Of a stretch of DNA of 64,000 nt, positions 53,990 to 61,223 are shown piece after piece. A program made the translations under genes and the position numbers. Location: IMG/VR virus record IMGVR_UViG_3300046459_000427, positions 40,854-104,853 of that record; one strand, given 5' to 3'. Numbering within the stretch: position 1 is the stretch's first letter; each line of letters starts with the position of its first letter. The notes beneath the pieces are model-generated. The model had not been told where the DNA came from, ran no database searches, and saw only the letters and a program-made list of their open reading frames with translations. Source of the stretch: a virus.

Positions 53990-55708
53990 CTAGTCGGTAC
54001 TTTTGTCCGGGTCGCGGCGAAGTCCAGCCCGTGGGCCGTACGCCTGTGTCACGATTTCGTTAGTCATCTTCTGAATCTCGGGGGCTGTGATGTTGCCGAA
54101 GTCGACACCACCGGGAAGCGTCACCGGATTCGGACCCGCAGCCTGATTGACGGGGTTTCCCTCCGCATCAGATTGCGGTGCAGGCGCATCCACCCCTTCA
54201 GGCGGCATTCCCGTCAGTTGCAGAATAGTCGAGTCGATCTGCGTCTTTAGCATTCGCAGAGCGCCCTGCTGTTTGGCATCCTCGATCTGCTCTTCGAAGA
54301 TCTCTCGGACCTTCTCGTCCGGGAACTCCTCGCCCAAGTCGTGGAGGGCTCCGCGCATGGACTCAAGGCCCATGGACATCTTTGCCTGGATCTCGTTCAA
54401 CTTGATAAGGGTGTCGACCGGCAGAGGGGCAGGCCATTCGCACTCGGTGAAGTAGGCCATGGGGTCGAGAACGTCGATCATCGGCGGCTGATCGTCCTTC
54501 ATGATGCCCTCGGTGCTGGGGTCATACAGCCGGGTTTCCGGCTCGAAGGTGAACAGCGTCTTGAGGATCAGTTCGTTGACCTTCTGGAGGCCGACGGAGT
54601 ACTGCATCTTCTTCTGGTCGTACCGGGACATCATCGGCCGGTACATGATGGCCAGGGCCACGCCGGACGTATTGGAGGCGGGCTGCATCTGACCGAGCGC
54701 CGTTTCCGGAACACCCGTGAGTTCGTGCATGGAGCGCTTGATCATCTCCAGGTACTGGAGCGGTCCCGCGAGGTCGACGCCGTTTTCCAGGTTGAACACT
54801 TGCGCGTCTTTGGGAAGTCCGCCCCACACCTTGCGTGGGCCCTTCTCAAGGTTGCTCGCTTTCGCGCCCGTGATGATCGTTACGGGTGCTGCGTGGTAAT
54901 TGATGATGTCGCTGATGTCGGTGGCCTTCTCGTTGTATTCACGATTCAGGCTGATGATGTCGGCGATATCGGAAAGACCCCACGGTGAGCCGCTGACCTG
55001 CGAGTTTGCGATGTGGACCACGGGTATGAGGCCCAGCGGGTTCGGGCGGGAGTCGATCAGTTCGTCATTGAGATATTCCTCAATGGTGGAATCCGTGAGG
55101 ACCTCGACGTAGGTGTAGACGGAGCGTGTGCCGTCTTCGCCGGTGGCCCAGAAGCGGTACTTCAACTTGAAGCGGATCAGGCGGTCCCGGTCGTGCGGGT
55201 GCCATTCCGGGAAGCAGAAGGAACTGTTGAGCGGAAGAATGCGTACCTTGCCTGGCTGTGTTTGTCCCAGGTCATCTTCGAATGCAGGCTGATACGCGAC
55301 CTTCACAAAGACGTCGCCGGAGACGCCGCCTTGCTGGCCCATCTCCCAGAGCAACTGCTCCTTGCGGTTGTCGATCTCCCAGGCCCTCTTCAGAAGGGAC
55401 GGGAGAATGTGCTCGTACTGCTTCACGCTCTTGAAGTGGACTCCGCGTCCGAACGTGAAGTTGTTGATGTAGTCGGCGAATGCCTTCACGTAGTTGAACG
55501 TGATCTGGCTTTCTCCAGCCTCGCGGCGGTATCCCCAGTGGTGACCCAAGTAGTATGCGAAGTTCTGGGAATAGCGGTTGAGGCGCGGGCCGTGTACTTC
55601 AAACTCCTCGTCGGCCAATTCGACCAGGCCGAGAGGCGAGATCGACACAGTGAGGTCAGATCCCGAAGCCCGCATGCTGGGGCTAGCGAATGAAATGGCA
55701 CCGCTCAT
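53990..55708 (-). CDS. Portal protein (SPP1 gp6-like)
   Basis: 572 aa; NPLGLIPVVHI, GLSDIADIISL, SGVAL; position downstream of terminase. Confidence 0.88.
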   Translation of the reverse strand: MSGAISFASPSMRASGSDLTVSISPLGLVELADEEFEVHGPRLNRYSQNFAYYLGHHWGYRREAGESQITFNYVKAFADYINNFTFGRGVHFKSVKQYEHILPSLLKRAWEIDNRKEQLLWEMGQQGGVSGDVFVKVAYQPAFEDDLGQTQPGKVRILPLNSSFCFPEWHPHDRDRLIRFKLKYRFWATGEDGTRSVYTYVEVLTDSTIEEYLNDELIDSRPNPLGLIPVVHIANSQVSGSPWGLSDIADIISLNREYNEKATDISDIINYHAAPVTIITGAKASNLEKGPRKVWGGLPKDAQVFNLENGVDLAGPLQYLEMIKRSMHELTGVPETALGQMQPASNTSGVALAIMYRPMMSRYDQKKMQYSVGLQKVNELILKTLFTFEPETRLYDPSTEGIMKDDQPPMIDVLDPMAYFTECEWPAPLPVDTLIKLNEIQAKMSMGLESMRGALHDLGEEFPDEKVREIFEEQIEDAKQQGALRMLKTQIDSTILQLTGMPPEGVDAPAPQSDAEGNPVNQAAGPNPVTLPGGVDFGNITAPEIQKMTNEIVTQAYGPRAGLRRDPDKSTD

Positions 55709-55725
55709 GGAAAAGGTTCTCCGAC

Positions 55726-56016
55726 TCAGATCTCGATGACGCGAGTGGGCTTGATCTGCCGCGTCTCACGCTTGGCCTTTGCGCGGCTCTCGAAAGCCTC
55801 TCCGCGCTGGACGACGTTCCCGCTGGGCAGGACCTCATGAAGGACGTACTGTCGTGTGCGGTCGCCTTCCTCGGTCTCCACGGGGATTCCGCGAACGAGG
55901 TAGCGCCCGTCGATGAGGCTCTTCCCGACCGTGTCGCCCTTTTCGAGCGGAAGGCGAGGAAGAACCTCATCGATAGAGGTGCGAGGGGACCTGCGACGGT
56001 CGTTGAAGGCGACCAC
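55726..56016 (-). CDS. Hypothetical protein
   Basis: 96 aa between terminase and portal. Confidence 0.7.
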   Translation of the reverse strand: MVAFNDRRRSPRTSIDEVLPRLPLEKGDTVGKSLIDGRYLVRGIPVETEEGDRTRQYVLHEVLPSGNVVQRGEAFESRAKAKRETRQIKPTRVIEI

Positions 56017-56021
56017 AGGAA

Positions 56022-56423
56022 TCAGTCCTCGACGACAGCCGGGGACAGTCGCTCGTACCGGCCGCCGTTGCGGACGACCTCTTCGTAGCGAACCGCCGCG
56101 TAGTCGGTGAACGAGCCCTGAGCGAACTCCCCGAGATAGGTCGGCGCCTCGACCCAGGAAGCGGAGCCGACGTGGGCCCGCTCCGCCATGGTCTCCTGCG
56201 GCGACTTCTCGTAGACGTTGGCGTTGTGGTTGGGGCGGCCCGGCGCGGTGATGTAGCCCTGGAGCGCACCCTTGGTGAACTCGTTGGGGACATCGGTGTC
56301 CGTTGCCACGCCCTCCTCGAACCGCAGAGGACCACGCCGCACAGCGTTGTCGGCGATCTTTCGCTCGTAGACCGTGCCGACGCGCTCCTGGAACTGCGGG
56401 TCGGGTGCGAGATTTCCAGCCAT
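56022..56423 (-). CDS. Hypothetical protein
   Basis: 133 aa, AGAGGA RBS. Confidence 0.75.
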   Translation of the reverse strand: MAGNLAPDPQFQERVGTVYERKIADNAVRRGPLRFEEGVATDTDVPNEFTKGALQGYITAPGRPNHNANVYEKSPQETMAERAHVGSASWVEAPTYLGEFAQGSFTDYAAVRYEEVVRNGGRYERLSPAVVED

Positions 56424-56486
56424 TCCGTAATCCTCTTCTGATAGCGAGGTTGCGATACCAGCGTATGAGGAATGCGGAATCGATTG

Positions 56487-56912
56487 TTAACTAGCGATAG
56501 TCCGAAGAGAGAACAGGCTCACCGGGGAAGTCGTAGCGGCCGGGACGCTGATGTCGTACTCCTCGCCCCCGGGGAAGCACTCCTTCACGCGCCAGATAAA
56601 CGCGGGAGTTACTTCGGGGACATCAGTCGCCAGCAGGCTGATGGTGAGCACGCCCTTGTCGATGCGCTCGTGAACCTCGTGCAGCCACACCACGGTGTCC
56701 CCGTCAGTTACCCGGCGTACCGACGGCGTGAATCGCACCATGGAGCCATTGAGCGCATTGCCCTGGTCGTCCACGTATTTGGCCGTGACGGTGACGGCGG
56801 TGAAGTTGGGGGGAAGCGTAGGGGGCGGCGTAGTGGGGCCTGCCACGGTGGAGGGCTGCTGAGCAGTCCAACCCGGGGCATTCCATTCGTCGCCGTACCA
56901 GTCGTCAGCCAT
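56487..56912 (-). CDS. Beta-sandwich protein resembling the N-terminus of actinophage fibre proteins
   Basis: VTVTAKYVD..G...VRFTPS...G.LTISLLATD...WRVKE. Confidence 0.6.
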   Translation of the reverse strand: MADDWYGDEWNAPGWTAQQPSTVAGPTTPPPTLPPNFTAVTVTAKYVDDQGNALNGSMVRFTPSVRRVTDGDTVVWLHEVHERIDKGVLTISLLATDVPEVTPAFIWRVKECFPGGEEYDISVPAATTSPVSLFSLRTIAS

Positions 56913-56920
56913 GCCGGTCC

Positions 56921-58492
56921 TTAGTGGAAGGGAGAATTGCTCTGCTCGATCTCGGGCATTGTGTAGTCCTTGGTCAGCACGCAGGCGAGCGCCAGGGAAT
57001 CCGCGTAGTCGTCGTGCGCATCGGCAGCGCGGGGAGCGGCTGCGAGTACGTACGGGCCCTCGAAATGCTTCTCCAGGTCTTCCATCTGCTGCCGGAAGCG
57101 CTTGTACGACTTGAGGCGGCGGGTGTAGGCGTGTGCGGGCCAGGAGATCAGCCCACGGTTCATGAGTTCCATGAGGTGCTTCCAGCGCTTGGACTGCTCC
57201 GGGCGCTGGGAAGAAAGAGGCACGATGTCGATGTCAGGCATGAGGACCTTGAGCCGGGATATGACGACGTCGCCCACACCGCCCTCGTCGACCGCGATGG
57301 CCATGACGTTGTAGTTCCGGACGAATTCGACGATGCGGAAGTACTGGGCTTCCCAGTCCATGCCGCCGAGGTCCATCCAGTTCAAGACGCGGTGCTCGTA
57401 ATTGCCGAACTCGTCGGGCTGGTCCCAGCGGACCCACACGGCCGTGACGATGGTGGAGTCCTGCTTGCGCGCGGGGTCGATGCCGATGACGATGGGGCTC
57501 TTGTGGTAGGCCGGGACGACCTGCATGGACACGTCGCCGAGTTCGTCAAGGCGCTCGGTGGTGGTGAACATACCCTTGTCGAGCAGCCACATGAGGCGGT
57601 ACGAGAGTTTGAATTCGTCGGAGTCCTCACCGATACGGAGGAGTTCCTTCTTGACGAACTTGGCGTAGTTCTCGTTCCACTTCGAGACTTCTTTCCAGTC
57701 CGCGTCGAAGTGGTTCTGCCGGGCGCCCCGCTTTGTCGCGGTCCGCCGGTTGATCTGGATCTGGTTGTAGAAGACGCCCTTTTCGTATGTGGGCGTTCCG
57801 GTGAACACCATCGTCGCGTTGGTCGAGGCGCCCATCGGGCCGATCGACTTGTTGACCATCTTCTCGTCGGCGCCCTGGCACTCGTCGATGAGGATCAGGT
57901 GGTAGGTGCGGCCTTCGATGGTGGCGCGAGGGTGGCAGGTCTGCTTGCGGACGAGGGATCCGGAGCGCTTGAGGGAAATGGAGCGGCCCTTGCCCTGTAC
58001 GGTGTCGTCGATTTCCGGGTCCGCCATGATTTCCAGGGCGTGGTCACTGGTGAGGCGGGCCACGATTCGGCCGTAGAGGTTGTCGGCCTGCTCCTCGACC
58101 GGCGCGAATGCTCCGACCCACAGACCCTCTTTGAACTTGTCCATCAGGTCGGGGAAGATCCTCGCCAGCCTGGGGAACATGATCATGCAGGCGGCGACCA
58201 CGTTGGCCACGGTCTCGCTCTTGCCGGACTGGCGGGAGAACAGGGCGGTAAGGGTGGCGCCGTCGTTGATGATCAGCGACTCGATCAGACGGGCCGCGAA
58301 GGGGCGCTGGTACCCGTACAGGGGGTGGCCGGATACCTCGTCAACGATGACGAGCATCTTCGCGACGATCTGGTCAACGAATGCCTGCGAGGTCTGGTCC
58401 AGGACCACCTCGGTGTCAATCCGCGCCTGACGTTCTTCATCGGTCTCGTCGCTGATGAACTCGTCGTACTCGACGTCCTCCGTAACAGACAC
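56921..58492 (-). CDS. terL: Terminase large subunit
   Basis: LYGYQ, SRQSGKSET Walker A, LILIDECQ Walker B, TGTP, IGIDPA nuclease, HDDYADS; start GTG 58492 or TTG 58504. Confidence 0.92.
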   Translation of the reverse strand: MSVTEDVEYDEFISDETDEERQARIDTEVVLDQTSQAFVDQIVAKMLVIVDEVSGHPLYGYQRPFAARLIESLIINDGATLTALFSRQSGKSETVANVVAACMIMFPRLARIFPDLMDKFKEGLWVGAFAPVEEQADNLYGRIVARLTSDHALEIMADPEIDDTVQGKGRSISLKRSGSLVRKQTCHPRATIEGRTYHLILIDECQGADEKMVNKSIGPMGASTNATMVFTGTPTYEKGVFYNQIQINRRTATKRGARQNHFDADWKEVSKWNENYAKFVKKELLRIGEDSDEFKLSYRLMWLLDKGMFTTTERLDELGDVSMQVVPAYHKSPIVIGIDPARKQDSTIVTAVWVRWDQPDEFGNYEHRVLNWMDLGGMDWEAQYFRIVEFVRNYNVMAIAVDEGGVGDVVISRLKVLMPDIDIVPLSSQRPEQSKRWKHLMELMNRGLISWPAHAYTRRLKSYKRFRQQMEDLEKHFEGPYVLAAAPRAADAHDDYADSLALACVLTKDYTMPEIEQSNSPFH

Positions 58493-58576
58493 GCCTAACC
58501 CCAATCCCGTTTTCTCTACGGAATTGAGGTTAGGCGTTTTTAGCTACCGCTTTGTAATTATCGCTTCTGAAGCCGT

Positions 58577-58837
58577 TCAGCGGTTACGGCGAATGTCCCT
58601 GCCGGAGATGATCTGCTGCGCCCGCTGTCGGCTGAAGCCGAACATCCTGCCCAGCACGTCGTAGGTGTACCGGCCCTTCGCGTAGACCGCTGCCACCAGA
58701 GCGTCACGGGCCTCCGTCGTCACCGCCGGGTAGTCCTCGTAGCACGCCGTGTCGCAGTACACCGGGGCGTCCTTCTTGGCCACACCCAGCAGTCTTCGGC
58801 AGCCCCGGCAGCGGACCTCAGCCAGCAGATCGCTCAT
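58577..58837 (-). CDS. Zn-ribbon + HTH DNA-binding protein
   Basis: CRGC...CDTAC; YTYDVLGRMFGFSRQRAQQII HTH; start ATG 58837. Confidence 0.75.
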   Translation of the reverse strand: MSDLLAEVRCRGCRRLLGVAKKDAPVYCDTACYEDYPAVTTEARDALVAAVYAKGRYTYDVLGRMFGFSRQRAQQIISGRDIRRNR

Positions 58838-59126
58838 TGACCTGCGCCTTTCCCGACAGCCGGTCCTCGGTCTCGTCGTTGTCGCTTCCGGATCCGTTTT
58901 CGTGCCAAGCGCTCTCGACACCCTGGAGGAACTCGTCCATCAGCCCGACCGGAATGGTCAGACCGCGCCCGTAGGCCTCCAGCGACGGGATGAACTCCCG
59001 AAGGTCAAGGAACAGACCATCCTGGGGGCTCTGAACTGTGGAGACGTGGATCTCCTTGTCGTGCACGTACGCAACCCGGGCGTGGATCTTCCTGCCGTCT
59101 TCGAGGTCATCCATGGTTTCCTCCAT
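58818..59126 (-). CDS. PC4/YdbC-like ssDNA-binding protein
   Basis: IHVST...FLDLREF...RGLTIP resembles the PC4 signature. Confidence 0.6.
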   Translation of the reverse strand: MEETMDDLEDGRKIHARVAYVHDKEIHVSTVQSPQDGLFLDLREFIPSLEAYGRGLTIPVGLMDEFLQGVESAWHENGSGSDNDETEDRLSGKAQVNERSAG

Positions 59127-59227
59127 CGCTCTATGTGAAGCAGCCTACACCCGCGCAAGCGGTATCGACAACCCGCTTGACGTGGGAGTAGAGTAGGCAT
59201 CCTTGACAGGCAGACGAGGAGCACACC

Positions 59228-59446
59228 ATGGGCATGTACCCGATGCAGGACCCGGAGAAGTGCCCAAAGTGCGGACGGGACCTTAAAGAAGATCCCAAGC
59301 CGGAGAGGGTGCAGGTCAAAGACTTTCCGGCCGAGGTAACGTACGCAATGGATCCGGTCTGTGGGGGGCGCTGGCACGTATGGGACAAAACCTCTCCGCT
59401 GCGGAAGCAGGCACAACCCTTCGTGGATGGAGACCCTGATGACTGA
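59228..59446 (+). CDS. Small Zn-binding hypothetical protein
   Basis: GAGGAG RBS; CPKC. Confidence 0.65.
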   Translation: MGMYPMQDPEKCPKCGRDLKEDPKPERVQVKDFPAEVTYAMDPVCGGRWHVWDKTSPLRKQAQPFVDGDPDD

Positions 59447-59696
59447 CAACTTTCACATCACCAGCGCAATACACCAGACTGCCAACGCGCTCAACCCGCC
59501 CGAGGGCTACGACCCGACGATGGACGCCATGCAGCACCAGTTGATGCGCGAGCAGCACGACTTCTACACCAACCAGCAGTCCACCCAGTCCTTCGAGGGC
59601 TTCGGCGGCTTGCAGGGCCTCAAGGAGGCCGCGACGGGCTTTGCGATCCTCATCATCATCGGGCTGTTCATCAAGTTCGTCCTCGGCTGGAGCTGA
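59439..59696 (+). CDS. Small protein with C-terminal TM helix
   Basis: ATG 59439 with GGAG; FAILIIIGLFIKFVLGW. Confidence 0.65.
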   Translation: MTDNFHITSAIHQTANALNPPEGYDPTMDAMQHQLMREQHDFYTNQQSTQSFEGFGGLQGLKEAATGFAILIIIGLFIKFVLGWS

Positions 59697-59702
59697 TCAG
59701 CC

Positions 59703-59749
59703 CAGCACAAAGCCCCACCTGCTCAGTGAGCAGGTGGGGCTTTGTGCTG
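59703..59749. terminator. Perfect 47-bp palindrome between convergent genes (bidirectional terminator or recombination site)
   Basis: CAGCACAAAGCCCCACCTGCTCA-G-TGAGCAGGTGGGGCTTTGTGCTG. Confidence 0.8.
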
Positions 59750-59751
59750 TC

Positions 59752-60828
59752 CTACTGCGCCCGGCGCAGCGGGACGACGTTCTCCTGGCTGACCATCGCG
59801 GTCAGGAAGGCCCTGCCCTTCATCGTCTCGTCACGGCGCTTGCGCTCCGAGGACAGTCCCAGGTAGCGCTCGGTGGTGGCCATGTTCGAGTGGTGCAGCA
59901 GGGCCGAGACCGTACGCAGCCCTGCGTCGTAGCCCAGCTCTGTGGACAGCGAGTCGAAGTACGCCCTCGCCACCGCACGCCGGATGGTGTGGGTGCCCTC
60001 GTACCGTGTCGGCAGGCCCACCGATCCCAGCGCGTGCTTGACGATCTTCTCAGTGCGCTGCACCGGCCGGTCCGGGTGCCACACGAACGGTGTGCGGACG
60101 TAGACCCTCTGGCCGGTCGCCTCGTCGAGGTAGTGGGTGGAGATGGTGTTCCCCGTCCGGGCCGGGAACAGGTAGTCGTCTGCGCGCAGCGGTCGGCCCA
60201 GCAGCTCGGCGTACTCGACCAGCCACAGGCGCAGCTCGCGCTCCAGGTCGGCCGTCAGCGGCATCTCGTCCTCCTCCCGCGTCTTGACCACGGTCACGAA
60301 GACCTCCGACCGCGCGAAGTCGACGTCCCCGACCCGCATGCCCGTGATTTCTGAGGCGCGGCAGGCGGTGTTGATCGCGGTCGCGAGGTAGGCCCGGTGC
60401 ATCGCGCACTCTGCCTGGTCCAGGAGCTGGAGCAGGATCGAGGGTGGGGGCTGCTGGCGGCTCTTCTTCGGTTCCGGCAGGGGTTCGATGCCGGTCAGGT
60501 AGTTGTCCAGGGCGGTGAAGCCGCTGTTCTTGCAGTAGGTGAAGAACACCTTCAGCCGGGCGCGGTAGTTGTTGTGGGTGCTGGGGCCGACGGCCTCGCG
60601 GATCGGCTGGCCCTTGATGCGGGTGGAGTGGGTGTCCATGATCCCGCCCGGCCCGTAGAAGAAGTCGCGGACCTGCTTGGCGGAGAGCTGGGAGAAGTCG
60701 GGGTTGCCCAGGTGCTCGGCGAAGCGGGGCAGCAGGGTGGTGTCGACGCGCATGGTGTTGTCGGCCTTGCCGGAGCGTTCCCTGGTCTCCAGGTACTCCT
60801 CGACGGCGCTGCGCAGTGCGATGGTCAC
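59752..60828 (-). CDS. Tyrosine recombinase/integrase
   Basis: TACRASEI (R), VKTR (K), HTIRR (HxxR), LLHHSNMATTERY (H, Y). Confidence 0.92.
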   Translation of the reverse strand: MTIALRSAVEEYLETRERSGKADNTMRVDTTLLPRFAEHLGNPDFSQLSAKQVRDFFYGPGGIMDTHSTRIKGQPIREAVGPSTHNNYRARLKVFFTYCKNSGFTALDNYLTGIEPLPEPKKSRQQPPPSILLQLLDQAECAMHRAYLATAINTACRASEITGMRVGDVDFARSEVFVTVVKTREEDEMPLTADLERELRLWLVEYAELLGRPLRADDYLFPARTGNTISTHYLDEATGQRVYVRTPFVWHPDRPVQRTEKIVKHALGSVGLPTRYEGTHTIRRAVARAYFDSLSTELGYDAGLRTVSALLHHSNMATTERYLGLSSERKRRDETMKGRAFLTAMVSQENVVPLRRAQ

Positions 60829-60909
60829 GCTTCCTCCTTGTGCGGGGTGTCTGCGTGCTCGAATGTACCCACGTCAAGGACTTTCCGCAAGCCTCTTCAC
60901 AAGGCCCGA

Positions 60910-60938
60910 TAGACGTAACTAAGAAGCCGTAGTATGGT
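60910..60938 (+). promoter_or_regulatory. Putative promoter for a leaderless transcript
   Basis: TAGACG-N17-TATGGT ending 7 nt before ATG 60946. Confidence 0.55.
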
Positions 60939-60945
60939 TCGCGTT

Positions 60946-61110
60946 ATGGACAACGCAGAGATCATCGACATCACGTCGCTTCATACCGACTCCCATGCGG
61001 AGCGCCCCAAGTCGACCCTGACCATCACCCGTCGCTCCTGGAGCACCGAGGACCGTCGGCGCCTCGCCACCCTCCTCTTCGGCCCCCGCCCGGGGGAGGA
61101 TGCCGCCTAG
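60946..61110 (+). CDS. Small protein upstream of serine recombinase (54 aa; RDF candidate)
   Basis: Own translation MDNAEIIDITSLHTDSHAERPKSTLTITRRSWSTEDRRRLATLLFGPRPGEDAA; promoter upstream; carries the motif in sense orientation. Confidence 0.6.
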   Translation: MDNAEIIDITSLHTDSHAERPKSTLTITRRSWSTEDRRRLATLLFGPRPGEDAA

Positions 61111-61160
61111 AGAAACAAGCTGCACAAACAACTTGACATCCGATAGTCTCCAGGGCAGTA

Positions 61161-61199
61161 AGAAACCCCAGCAGGGATTGGGCCCTGCTGGGGCTTTCT
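61161..61199. terminator. Hairpin upstream of serine recombinase
   Basis: AGAAACCCCAGCAGGG...CCCTGCTGGGGCTTTCT. Confidence 0.6.
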
Positions 61200-61223
61200 C
61201 AGTACAGTCTCGGGAGACTGACC

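Noticed and set aside
11789-56470. Near-matches to the 9-mer (GGCATGAAG 11789, GGTACGAAG 14936, GGTATGAGG 55023, CGTATGAGG 56462)
   Set aside because: Mismatch in the TATGAAG core; excluded from the count, although the first two share the same frame and could be weak sites
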